DNA from: Patescibacteria group bacterium
GTDB taxonomy: Bacteria > Patescibacteriota > Dojkabacteria > J137
DNA length: 64,000 nt
NCBI GenBank assembly: GCA_963169855.1
Contig: CAUJCN010000002.1
Location: forward strand, 581,608-645,607
Direction: 5' to 3'
The notes beneath the pieces are model-generated. The model was not told the origin of the DNA. It ran no database searches and was given only the letters and a program-made list of their open reading frames with translations. Position numbers and translations under genes: made by a program. The first letter of the stretch is position 1. Every line of letters begins with the position of its first letter. Shown piece by piece: positions 1-9,487 of this stretch.

Positions 1-2
1 AA

Positions 3-749
3 TTTATTAAAACTTTAGATAAAGTTTTATTCGCATGTTCTACAGAATTAACTCCTGGAAAAGTTCATATGTCTGGAGTTTTAATCGAAGTAGAAGGTGA
101 AGAAATATCATTTGTAGGTTTAGATGGATTTAGACTCTCTAAAAGAACCGTAAAAGCAATCGAATTAAGTCAGTTAGAAAATCTTCCTCAAGTAATTGTT
201 CCCGCAAAGTATTTAAGTGAATTAGCGAAAATTGCTTCTGACGCATCTGATGTAGAAGAAGTTGTTGTTTATTTAAGTGATAACAGATCACAAATTATCT
301 TCAAGATGGAAGAAATAGAATTCAGTGTGAGATTATTAGAAGGACCATACTCTGATTATAAAAAAATTATGCCTGATTCAAATAGTTTTGCTTTTGAATT
401 CAAAAGAGGTGATATGGAAAATGCAATAAAAGTTGTAAGTACATTTGCTCGAAGTAATTTAAACTACAAAACTTTAGTTGATTTTGATGTTGAAAATAAA
501 AGTTTCAAAATGAGGTCTAGTGTTACAGACATTGGAGATAATGAAACTGAAGTTGAGTTACTAAGCTCGGAGGCAACAACAGATTTGAATGTGGCATACA
601 ACCTAAAGTATCTTCAGGACATTGTTAATCATACAAAAGGAGATACATTAAGATTAGAAAGTAAAGGAGCTTTAACAGCTAATGTGTTTAAGGATAGTTC
701 AGACGAAAAATTCATTCACATTTTAATGCCGTTAAGAAGAGATGCTTAA
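3..749 (+). CDS. dnaN: DNA polymerase III beta sliding clamp, C-terminal part (5' end lies outside the window)
   Basis: The reading frame is open from nt 3 upstream of the listed ATG. The motifs (GVLIEVEGEE, RLLEGPYSDYKKIMP, a C-terminal MPLRRD-like tail) match the beta clamp. Confidence 0.8.
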   Translation, partial: FIKTLDKVLFACSTELTPGKVHMSGVLIEVEGEEISFVGLDGFRLSKRTVKAIELSQLENLPQVIVPAKYLSELAKIASDASDVEEVVVYLSDNRSQIIFKMEEIEFSVRLLEGPYSDYKKIMPDSNSFAFEFKRGDMENAIKVVSTFARSNLNYKTLVDFDVENKSFKMRSSVTDIGDNETEVELLSSEATTDLNVAYNLKYLQDIVNHTKGDTLRLESKGALTANVFKDSSDEKFIHILMPLRRDA

Positions 750-1776
750 ACTTCGACCTTTAGAAAAAGGGGAGGAAAGCCTTTGGGAACAGATTAATTT
801 AGAATCACCAATGGGTACTTTCCTCACTTCCATTTACTGGATGAGCTTCGCAGCTGAATACAGAGGAACAGGTGTAGACGCTTTTTTCATTGTTGATCAA
901 AGTAACAAGCCTGTTGGAATTATTCCAATTGAAATTAGTAGTAGAAGATTCTCTCGAGTTGGTTTTACAAACTATAGTCCTGTATTACTTTCAGAATCTC
1001 TTGTACCAGAAGCACTTCTAGCAATCAAAGCTTACTTCGCTTCATATCTAAAAGAGAACGGATTATTCGCATTAAGAGTTCATCCTTTCATAAAAGTTAA
1101 TACCGAAGAATCAGCAAAAATTGAAAAATTTCAAAAATCATTAGCACCATCTCAAGCAAGAATAATGTGGGAGATTGATTTAACAAAACCAGAAGAAGCA
1201 ATTCGCCACGCTATGAGTTCTTCAACTCGAAACAATATCAACAAAGGTGAAAGATTAGGATTGCATTTTGAAAAAGTTGTTGATGAAAACGGTGTAAAAG
1301 ATTTTGCTGAATTGATGTCGGAAACAATGTCGCGAAAAGGTTTTGTAAATTATGGAGTTGAATATTTTCTAAAACAAAACGAACGTTTAGGAAAAAGAGG
1401 AATGACTGAAATTTACCTAGTAAGAAAAGAAGGTAGGGCATTAGCGGGAGCTTTGGTAAATGTTTACAAAGATACTGCTTACTACACTCACGGTGCATCA
1501 ACTTCTGATAAAGAACTTTCGAAACTGAGAACTCCATATTTTCTTCAGTGGAAATTAATGACTGAATACAAATCTCGAGGAATTAAAAAATACAATATGT
1601 GGGGAGTTGCTCCACAAGGTAAAAAATCTCCAATTTCTGGAGTAAGTGATTTTAAGAGAAGTTTCGGCGGATATGAAGTAGAATTAGTAAATCCTATAGA
1701 TTTTTATAAAGGTCCGATTAGTAAAATCAGACAGCGTCTATACGATTACTTTATATACCGAAACGATCGATTCTAA
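742..1776 (+). CDS. FemAB-family peptidoglycan interpeptide-bridge (aminoacyl-tRNA-dependent) transferase, paralogue 1
   Basis: The length (about 340 aa) and the C-terminal motifs (YTHGASTSD, LQWKLMTEYKSRGIKKYNMWGV) match FemABX/MurMN proteins. Its start overlaps the dnaN stop by 8 nt. Confidence 0.6.
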   Translation: MLKLRPLEKGEESLWEQINLESPMGTFLTSIYWMSFAAEYRGTGVDAFFIVDQSNKPVGIIPIEISSRRFSRVGFTNYSPVLLSESLVPEALLAIKAYFASYLKENGLFALRVHPFIKVNTEESAKIEKFQKSLAPSQARIMWEIDLTKPEEAIRHAMSSSTRNNINKGERLGLHFEKVVDENGVKDFAELMSETMSRKGFVNYGVEYFLKQNERLGKRGMTEIYLVRKEGRALAGALVNVYKDTAYYTHGASTSDKELSKLRTPYFLQWKLMTEYKSRGIKKYNMWGVAPQGKKSPISGVSDFKRSFGGYEVELVNPIDFYKGPISKIRQRLYDYFIYRNDRF

Positions 1777-2690
1777 TGTTTACTGAAAACATACCTACCC
1801 AGAATTTCTTTAATTCTCAATATTGGAAAGAAGTAAGAAAAAGAACTGGTAACAAAATTGTGGATGTTAACGATAATCTTTGGATTCAATGTACAAAGAT
1901 TCCATACTTAAATTACTTTGGAGGATACATTCCAAGAGCAGATATCTCAGAAATTAATTTCGAGGAGCTTAAAGAAGTTTCTAAAAGAGAAAACATATTC
2001 TTTGTAAAAATAGATCCCAAAAATTCGAATCAAGATTCAAAAGCCAATTTTCGAGCTTCGAACTTCAAACTTCGAACTTCACTTCCAGTACAGTACCAAC
2101 ACACAACCGTAATTAACCTAGAACAAAGTTACGAAGAGTTTTTAGCAAGTTTAAAAAGTAAGCATCGATACAACCTTAAAGTTGCCGAAAAAAACGGCGT
2201 TAGTGTCGAAATTAGCGACTCAAATGAAGCGCTCGATACTTTCCTAGACCTCTACAAAAAAACGACTTTAAGACAGGGTTATACTGGAAGATCTGCAGAA
2301 TATTTAAAAACAGTTTTCGAAACTTTAAAAGAATTTAATAAAGATTTAGTTTATATAGCTACGGCTAAATTTGAAGGAAGAGCAGTTTCATCTTGGATGT
2401 TAGTTTTATACGAAGATACAATTATTTATCCTTATGGTGGTTCTTCAGACGAAAATAGAAATGTAATGGCAACTTACAAATTAGTTTCGGAAATTTTCAA
2501 TTGGGGAAAATCAAAAGGTAAAAAATATTTCGACATGTTTGGTATCGATGCAAAAAATCCTGAAGATGGTTACTCAAGATTTAAGTTAGGTTTTGGAGGA
2601 GAGTATGTAACTTTCGCAGATACTAAAGATATTGTTTTTAATAAATTCATTTACTTCTTCTATAAAATTTGGGAGAAGTTTGCTAGATAA
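1776..2690 (+). CDS. FemAB-family transferase, paralogue 2
   Basis: Same architecture as paralogue 1 (IYPYGGSSDE, KKYFDMFGI). Its start overlaps the stop of paralogue 1 by 1 nt. Confidence 0.6.
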   Translation: MFTENIPTQNFFNSQYWKEVRKRTGNKIVDVNDNLWIQCTKIPYLNYFGGYIPRADISEINFEELKEVSKRENIFFVKIDPKNSNQDSKANFRASNFKLRTSLPVQYQHTTVINLEQSYEEFLASLKSKHRYNLKVAEKNGVSVEISDSNEALDTFLDLYKKTTLRQGYTGRSAEYLKTVFETLKEFNKDLVYIATAKFEGRAVSSWMLVLYEDTIIYPYGGSSDENRNVMATYKLVSEIFNWGKSKGKKYFDMFGIDAKNPEDGYSRFKLGFGGEYVTFADTKDIVFNKFIYFFYKIWEKFAR

Positions 2691-2782
2691 ATCTAGTTAA
2701 GCTACAAATTCCAATCTTCAAATTTCAAATAATTGTATTACGTTACAATGCATCTTCTGCTGCATACTAATATTATTCAGTT

Positions 2783-3114
2783 ATGAAATATGATCTAGAA
2801 GAGAGAACTTTAAAATTCGCAATTAATGTTAGAAAGTTTGTAACTACAATAAAATATTCGAGTTACTACATAGATGACATTCGTCAGTTAATAAGATCTT
2901 CTGGTTCAATAGGTGCAAATTACATGAGGCGAATAGATCTTTAGGGAAAAATGACTTCTTTATGAAAATTAGGATATCAAGAAAAGAATCTTCAGAAACA
3001 AAATACTGGGCAAAGATATTACTACATACGCAAGGCTCCAGTATGTTTGCTGAGATAGCTAAAGAAGCTGAAGAACTAGAAAAGATTTTTGGAAGTATTC
3101 AATCAAGAAAATAA
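2783..3114 (+). pseudogene. four-helix-bundle protein (23S rRNA intervening-sequence protein family), interrupted by a frameshift near nt 2925-2944
   Basis: Frame 1 reads MKYDLEERTLKFAINVRKF...LIRSSGSIGANYMRRIDL then a stop. The +1 frame continues EANRSLGKNDFFMKIRISRKESSETKYWAKILL...SRK, which matches the family consensus (GANYxEA...AEETxYWL). Confidence 0.55.
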
Positions 3115-3155
3115 TTACTTTTTAGATTTGTTTTTTGAAGCTTGAAATTTTTATC

Positions 3156-4346
3156 CTAAATTTCTGTAGTCAACCAGCCGGCTACCCAACCAGTAACGCC
3201 ATTACTCAAAGTAATTCTAAGTAATCCATTTCCAGCATCTTCTTCTACAATAAATCTTTCTCCACTAGAAGCTCTTCCAATTTCTGTCGCTGCAGTAGAT
3301 GCTTCTGAGCGTACTCTTAAATATCCAAGTTCAGTATCGTTAATTTGGATAATTCTTTTTCCACCCTTATCAACAGTCATTCTTAAAGTGAAATTGTTTG
3401 TACTAACTTTCGTTCCTAAAAGATTAGTAACAACAAAATTTTCTGCAATTTCTCCAGAAGCTAGCGGAGCAGAAACTGTAAATGGAACAGTGGTTTCTAC
3501 ACCAGGTCCAATCTGCGTCACATCATTCATTAATCCAAACTGACTTTGAGATAGCCATGTTGTTGGAGTGTAGAACAAACTTAAATTTCCGCCTTCTTTG
3601 GTAGCAATTATTTCTGAATTGGTATCGATGTAAATTGTGCTTGTTCCAGTATTTTTAAATTTCAAACTTCCAGAAACACTTTCTCCCACAACAACTTGTT
3701 CTTTATCAAGTGTTGCAGATAATACTTCCACTGAATAAACTTTGTTGCTTGGTCTTACGTTTCCTCTAATATGATTTCTAATAGTTTCAATTGAACTATC
3801 CCAATTTCCTTCCGTAACATTAATTTCCATCTTTACAGTATTGTTTGCAACATCTTTTACAAAGTTGAGATCCCTAATGATCACATTGTCAGGACTTATA
3901 TAGTTGTTGTTAGAAACTTCTGAAGATAACTCCATTAAAGAATTCAGTCCTCTTTGGTCAAAAGTATTAACGTTTTTGTTTGTTACATATCCAATTAAAA
4001 CGAAATTTCCACTAGCGTTATTGAAAGACAATTGGCTTTCGTCTCCAGCTTGATTTCCTTTGTAAACTGTTCCATCGGCAGTAACTATGTAGTGAAATGG
4101 AATGTCTGGAAATCCAAGCTTATCAATTGTGTAGTAAAAAAGACCTTTTATGCTTTCTTTGTAATCAGTTTCATCAATAAACATTGGAACAATAGCCACT
4201 GCATTTGGAAGCACAAAAGTATCAGCTTCCGATCTTATTGATGTATCAAGTGAAATATTATCCAAAGATGATGTTGTGTATGCTTTTACGCCAGTCATAT
4301 TCAGGGCGAAAACAGTCAAGATTGTGAACAATACTAATTTTTTCAT
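3156..4346 (-). CDS. secreted cell-wall-binding protein: PGRP/amidase_2-like N-domain, Ig-like middle, C-terminal SH3b
   Basis: It has a signal peptide. The segment FPDIPFHYIVTADGTVYKG...SGNFVLIGYV resembles amidase_2, and the C-terminus LGYLRVRSEAS...GWVAGWL is SH3b-like. Confidence 0.45.
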   Translation of the reverse strand: MKKLVLFTILTVFALNMTGVKAYTTSSLDNISLDTSIRSEADTFVLPNAVAIVPMFIDETDYKESIKGLFYYTIDKLGFPDIPFHYIVTADGTVYKGNQAGDESQLSFNNASGNFVLIGYVTNKNVNTFDQRGLNSLMELSSEVSNNNYISPDNVIIRDLNFVKDVANNTVKMEINVTEGNWDSSIETIRNHIRGNVRPSNKVYSVEVLSATLDKEQVVVGESVSGSLKFKNTGTSTIYIDTNSEIIATKEGGNLSLFYTPTTWLSQSQFGLMNDVTQIGPGVETTVPFTVSAPLASGEIAENFVVTNLLGTKVSTNNFTLRMTVDKGGKRIIQINDTELGYLRVRSEASTAATEIGRASSGERFIVEEDAGNGLLRITLSNGVTGWVAGWLTTEI

Positions 4347-5257
4347 ATGTTCAATAAGTATAATGTTAATCCAGTCTTGTAATCAAGTTCTCCAGATTTT
4401 ATCGCGGTGTCTAAGTCGAAAAGTTTATCAGCCATCTTCTCAATTTCTTTCCAAGAACTTCTTTCTGCCATTGTTTTTGCAGAACTTAAAGGTTTTGGTT
4501 TTATATTCAGTGAAGACAAATCCATTCTTTTCTCTACAAAGTATTTTACTCTGTAAGTATTAGAAATTTGCCAATCGATCATTGTAATTAAAAATTGAGA
4601 AATATCACTCACAGAAGAAATTTCTAAAAATTCTTTTGCAGCTTCAACTTTTTTCTTGTTCGCAAAATTTTCTAGAATATCCCAAATTTCGGTATCAATA
4701 TCTTTGGTCAAAAGTTCTTTCAATTCTGCGTCCGATAAATCATTTTTATTCTGACTTTCTAAATACAATGCTATTTTCTCAACCTCATTTATGAACATGT
4801 TTTTATCTAGGTTGTGATTGTTTGCAATCTTCTCAACGTGAATAGGGGAGAGCTTTACACCAATAACTTTAACTTGATCCATGAACCAACTTCTCATTTT
4901 TGAGTAACTATTGAAGAAGGGAATTTCGTATTTTATAGATTCAGCTTCTTTTTCAATTGTTTTTCCTATCTTTGTTTCCTCCCACAAAATTATGTCGTAA
5001 GTTTTTACACTATTGATATTTTCCTCAAAGTATTTCAAAAGACGTTTGTTGCTAGAAAGTCTTTTCAGAAGCAAAACGTATCCTGAAGAAAACATATCAA
5101 CTCCCTCAAGGTATTGTGTAAATTCACTAGGTTCATTGATTGAATCACTTTCAATTATTTTTATTTCTTTTTTATTAGCAGACGCAAGATTTGAAGCGAG
5201 TAATTTCGCTGCTTTGTAGCTCTCGTATCTGTCGTTTCCGTAAAAAAGATAAATCAT
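4343..5257 (-). CDS. holA: DNA polymerase III delta subunit
   Basis: The N-terminus MIYLFYGNDRY and the length (304 aa) are typical of HolA. Confidence 0.55.
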   Translation of the reverse strand: MIYLFYGNDRYESYKAAKLLASNLASANKKEIKIIESDSINEPSEFTQYLEGVDMFSSGYVLLLKRLSSNKRLLKYFEENINSVKTYDIILWEETKIGKTIEKEAESIKYEIPFFNSYSKMRSWFMDQVKVIGVKLSPIHVEKIANNHNLDKNMFINEVEKIALYLESQNKNDLSDAELKELLTKDIDTEIWDILENFANKKKVEAAKEFLEISSVSDISQFLITMIDWQISNTYRVKYFVEKRMDLSSLNIKPKPLSSAKTMAERSSWKEIEKMADKLFDLDTAIKSGELDYKTGLTLYLLNI

Positions 5258-5844
5258 TAGAAAACTTTTGGATTAAAATTAATTAAGAGAGAAATTTCAC
5301 CTTCTTTAATCATCATATTTTTCAGTTGAACACCTTCGACATTTTCAAATATGAATGAGTCTAGAGTTGTTCCCGATAATGCTCTTTTTACAACACCTTC
5401 CAACAATCCAGAAATGAATCCTGGGAATTGTATTTTTCCTAAACCAGTCTTTTTTATAGATAAATTCTGACTATCTGTTTCTAATTCTAAATATGCAAAG
5501 ACAGGTTTATCGTCAATTCTGTAAAGTAGAGTAGCATTATTTGGATGCAAATCAAAAAAGATATTTGGAGCACTCATTTGGTGCTGAACCAAATAACTTA
5601 AATCACTTTCAGATAAAGTAACAACGTTTTCTCCGACACCTGTAATCTGATTGTTCAGTGATTCAACAATTTCTGAATATTCACGATGACTAGTATCAAC
5701 TTGAATCGAATCATCATAAACAGCGTCAGCTATTTTATCCCAGATAGCTGCTGGTCTAAAAATCAGAATAACTACACAAGCTATACAGCAGAAAAAAAAG
5801 AGAATGAAAAAACACCCAATAGTTTTGAATAAGTTAGCAACCAT
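5257..5844 (-). CDS. membrane-anchored hypothetical protein
   Basis: N-terminal TM helix; the stop is coupled to the holA start. Confidence 0.3.
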   Translation of the reverse strand: MVANLFKTIGCFFILFFFCCIACVVILIFRPAAIWDKIADAVYDDSIQVDTSHREYSEIVESLNNQITGVGENVVTLSESDLSYLVQHQMSAPNIFFDLHPNNATLLYRIDDKPVFAYLELETDSQNLSIKKTGLGKIQFPGFISGLLEGVVKRALSGTTLDSFIFENVEGVQLKNMMIKEGEISLLINFNPKVF

Positions 5845-6517
5845 AGTAACATTATACTGTATGAAATATTCATTTATAAGTTTAATCGTCGGTATTATTT
5901 TAATTGTTGGGGCATTTTTAATTCTTCAGCGAGGAAACGTTTCTCCGTTTAAAGTAAGCCAACTTCAAGAACTAATTAACGAGAATCAGATTGGAGAAAA
6001 TGATTACGAGTTATTCGAAGAAAAAATTGATGAACTGATCGCAAATGGCCAAATCGAAGTGTATCTTGAATCCTCTTCAGTTGTGATTTTTGTCTGCACC
6101 TTAGCTTTGGGAGTTGCTTTAGTGTTCTTTGGGATTCACTCAATTGTAGATAAACTTTTCTTCAAGAAATTCTTTGAGAAAGCTAATTTTCCTGTCGCAA
6201 TTAGAAGAGCATTGTTGTTTACTGGAGTTATTGTAGCGGGTTTAATTTTGAGATTCTACAGAGTGGAGTGGAACATGGTTGTTTTGTTAATACCATTATT
6301 TATAGTGATTGAATTGATTGTAGTTTACTTCTCTGCAGATAAATCCGAAGAAAGACCTCAAGAATTGCCTAAATTTACAGAAAAACCAGTCTTCGTAAAT
6401 ACAACAGCTGAGGATGGGCATATCTCAGGGAGAGAATTCGAAAACATAAGAAACTCTTATGAGGAAGAATTCGAAGAAGAAGATCAGAATGTCATAAAGG
6501 AAACATCGGAAGAATAA
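5804..6517 (+). CDS. integral membrane hypothetical protein with acidic C-terminal tail
   Basis: Four predicted TM helices; no recognisable motif. Confidence 0.3.
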   Translation: MKKHPIVLNKLATIVTLYCMKYSFISLIVGIILIVGAFLILQRGNVSPFKVSQLQELINENQIGENDYELFEEKIDELIANGQIEVYLESSSVVIFVCTLALGVALVFFGIHSIVDKLFFKKFFEKANFPVAIRRALLFTGVIVAGLILRFYRVEWNMVVLLIPLFIVIELIVVYFSADKSEERPQELPKFTEKPVFVNTTAEDGHISGREFENIRNSYEEEFEEEDQNVIKETSEE

Positions 6518-7359
6518 TTTCTAATCGCTTCTTCCCCACCAACGAATAGAGTAGTAGCAAGACTGTCTGCAATAATCGCTTCCTTCGCTCGAATGAAAAC
6601 AGTTGCAAATTTGTTTTCAGGCACTCCGTTTGTAGGATTTATTAAATGATGAAATTGCTTTACTTTTCTTGCCCATCCACCAGAAGAAGCAAGGGCTTCG
6701 TTTTCAAGTTTTGTCATTCCTTTTAAAACTTTTTCTCCATTTTCAAAGCTATATAAACCTACTTCCCACAAAATATTCTTATCATTTTTTCCATTTGCAA
6801 TTAAATCTCCACCTCCATCAATCAGAAAATTTTCAAACCCATTCTTCATCAAGATGTCTTTTGATTGATCAAGTGCATAACCTTTTCCGCAACCACCAAG
6901 TTCAATTTTCTGACCTTTAACTAATTTCACCGAATGATTTTTCTCATCAAGCTCAATTTGATTTGCTGAGGCACGATTCTTTGCAATGTTAATCACCATT
7001 TGATCAAGAGAAGGATTTTCTAATTTAGAAAAATCATAATCCTTGTTGTAGCCGTAAATTTCTAAGAAATCAATAATGGTCGGATCAAAAACGCCGTTAG
7101 TATCTTTATTCAATTTCAACATAAACTGAATAAGTTTGAAAAATTCTTCAGAAACTTCCACCCATTCTCCAGAAGCTCTGTTCAGATTAGAAAGTTCACT
7201 GTCTTCGTTAAATCTTGTGAATTTTTTTACAATACGATCAAATTCTCCAAAGACTTCTTCAATTGCATCAAGAGTTTTTACTGTGTTTGGATTTTCTGAA
7301 ACAACATGAACAGTAATATCTGTATTCATGTATTTTTTTGTTCGAGAAGTTTTTGTCAT
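6484..7359 (-). CDS. apbE: FAD:protein FMN transferase (ApbE family)
   Basis: Motifs ELGGCGKGYALD and LIDGGGDLIANG match ApbE. Confidence 0.7.
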   Translation of the reverse strand: MTKTSRTKKYMNTDITVHVVSENPNTVKTLDAIEEVFGEFDRIVKKFTRFNEDSELSNLNRASGEWVEVSEEFFKLIQFMLKLNKDTNGVFDPTIIDFLEIYGYNKDYDFSKLENPSLDQMVINIAKNRASANQIELDEKNHSVKLVKGQKIELGGCGKGYALDQSKDILMKNGFENFLIDGGGDLIANGKNDKNILWEVGLYSFENGEKVLKGMTKLENEALASSGGWARKVKQFHHLINPTNGVPENKFATVFIRAKEAIIADSLATTLFVGGEEAIRNYSSDVSFMTF

Positions 7360-7483
7360 TAACTGATTATAAAATAGAAATAAGAAAACAGAAATTATAC
7401 GGTAATTTGTTAGCCTATTTCAAATAAGGATTTCGATCTTCATTCTTTCTCTGATATACTAAAGCTAGTTAACATAAACCTTT

Positions 7484-8083
7484 ATGCATACACTTCCTCA
7501 ATTAAAATACGCTTACGATGCTCTAGAACCTTTCATAGATGCCAAAACAATGGAGATTCATCATTCAAAACATCATCAAGCTTATGTGGATAATCTAAAC
7601 AAATTGCTAGATGGACACCCAGACTTGCAAGAAATGACAGTGGAAGAGCTGCTAATGGATGTAGACACATTGCCAGAAGATATTAAGCAAGGAGTAATCA
7701 ACAATGGGGGAGGACATGCAAACCATACATTTTTCTGGGAACTATTATCAAAAGAAGGAGATCGCGAACCAGAAGGAGAATTAATGGAAATGATAGTTTC
7801 TAGTTTTGACTCTTTCGAGAACTTCAAAAAAGTATTCACAGAAGCTGCGACTAAGCGATTCGGCAGTGGATGGGCCTGGTTAATTAGAGAAAATGGAGGT
7901 TTGAAAGTAATCTCAACTGCTAATCAAGATTCGCCAATAATGAACGGACAGCACGCTTTGTTGGGTGTAGATGTTTGGGAACATGCTTATTATCTAAAAT
8001 ATCAGAACAAAAGAGCTGAGTATCTAGAGAACTTCTGGAACGTAATTAACTGGAGAAGAGTAGAAGAAGAATTTCGAAAATAA
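7484..8083 (+). CDS. sodA: Fe/Mn superoxide dismutase
   Basis: LPxLxYxYDALEP, HHSKHH and DVWEHAYY motifs. Confidence 0.85.
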   Translation: MHTLPQLKYAYDALEPFIDAKTMEIHHSKHHQAYVDNLNKLLDGHPDLQEMTVEELLMDVDTLPEDIKQGVINNGGGHANHTFFWELLSKEGDREPEGELMEMIVSSFDSFENFKKVFTEAATKRFGSGWAWLIRENGGLKVISTANQDSPIMNGQHALLGVDVWEHAYYLKYQNKRAEYLENFWNVINWRRVEEEFRK

Positions 8084-8101
8084 TATTTTTAAAACATATT
8101 T

Positions 8102-8287
8102 ATGACTGATTTATCATACGACGATCCAATCACAAGCGATCCAGACATGTTCTTAGCAGATAGAGTAGGCGAAGAAGAAACAGCTGAAACGCCATCCTAT
8201 GAGTATCCAAGAAAGAGTGCGACACCACAGCTAATCCTAGAGAGCAGATTTAATCACTTCGAAAGAAGCATCTTTAGAAACACTTAG
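8102..8287 (+). CDS. small acidic hypothetical protein
   Basis: ORF only (61 aa). Confidence 0.2.
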   Translation: MTDLSYDDPITSDPDMFLADRVGEEETAETPSYEYPRKSATPQLILESRFNHFERSIFRNT

Positions 8288-8353
8288 GTCATCGTAATAA
8301 TCTCGTAAATTCATAGTGACGAGATATTAGCACGAAACCTTTATAAAGCAATG

Positions 8354-9484
8354 CTACTTGGAGTTTACAAACTTGTGCACAATATCGCTTTTGTAATCTA
8401 AAGCTAGCTCTTTGGACGGAGAATTGCTAATACATTCTTCAATCAAATCAGTAATTTGTTGTTTGAAAGTGATTCCACTAGCTTCCCATAAATAAAAAGA
8501 CATAGATCCAGGGATTGGGTTAATCTCCGTTAGATAAACCTGATCATCACTTAAAACCATAAAATCTATTCGAACCATTCCTTTGCATCGACATGCAGTA
8601 AAAGCTCTTTTTGCTAAATCGTTTATTTTATCCTGAAGTTTAACCGAAATTTTTGCAGGTAATTCTCTTTGAAGAGAGGCCATTCCGGATCCGGTTTTCT
8701 TTCCTCCTCGTTGATATTTGTCAGCAAAGCTAAGAATTTCATCTTGAGACATGGGTTTCTCAATTTCACTCGTTTCGATTTTTCCATAAATCATTCGAAC
8801 GGAAACGTTGTATTCTTTGAAATCCTTTACCAATTTTTCTACAAGAATTTCTGAATCTACATGGCTAGCTTCGATTAAAGCTTTTTCCAATTCTATCTCA
8901 GTTTTAGCAACAGAGATTCCAATGCTAGAGCCAAAATGTACTGGTTTAACAATCAATGGAAGTTTTAATTCTTCGATAAGTTGTTTTACTAAATCTTGAG
9001 AACTTTCCCTAATTGTTTTTGAGGAGACGCTAATACCTTCAACAACTGGAACTCCCATGCTAACAACAACATCTTTTGTTAATTGTTTGTTCATGCAGAT
9101 AAAAGAACTTTCTGCAGTTGTGCAAGTAAAAGGAATGTTTAAGCTCTCAAAAATAGATTGAACTTGTCCACCTTCGCCAAGTCCACCATGAAATGCAAAG
9201 TATGCGGCAGAAGGGTAGTACTTCTTTTTCCAAAAACCTCCCGCAGAAATGTAGCCACCTTTAGAATCTTTTCCAAATGAAATTTCAATTCCTTTGTTCT
9301 CATCGAAATCTTTTCTAGAATTCATTCCCCACAAATATTTAAACTCACCTTTTTTTGTAACGTAAATTACATGAGGAGTGTAAAGTTCTCGATCAATGTT
9401 TTCTACAACTTGAAGTCCAGTAATTATGGAAACTTCGTGTTCTGGAGAAACGCCTCCGAATAAAATCAAAATGTCTTTTTTCAT
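8354..9484 (-). CDS. ddl: D-alanine--D-alanine ligase
   Basis: ILFGGVSPEHEVS N-terminus, ATP-grasp length. Confidence 0.85.
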   Translation of the reverse strand: MKKDILILFGGVSPEHEVSIITGLQVVENIDRELYTPHVIYVTKKGEFKYLWGMNSRKDFDENKGIEISFGKDSKGGYISAGGFWKKKYYPSAAYFAFHGGLGEGGQVQSIFESLNIPFTCTTAESSFICMNKQLTKDVVVSMGVPVVEGISVSSKTIRESSQDLVKQLIEELKLPLIVKPVHFGSSIGISVAKTEIELEKALIEASHVDSEILVEKLVKDFKEYNVSVRMIYGKIETSEIEKPMSQDEILSFADKYQRGGKKTGSGMASLQRELPAKISVKLQDKINDLAKRAFTACRCKGMVRIDFMVLSDDQVYLTEINPIPGSMSFYLWEASGITFKQQITDLIEECISNSPSKELALDYKSDIVHKFVNSK

Positions 9485-9487
9485 AAG

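Noticed and set aside
2040-2100. Short tandem-like motif cttcgaacttc(a/g)aacttcgaacttc.
   Set aside because: It lies inside the FemAB paralogue 2 CDS and encodes NFKLRTS. It is a trivial low-complexity run.
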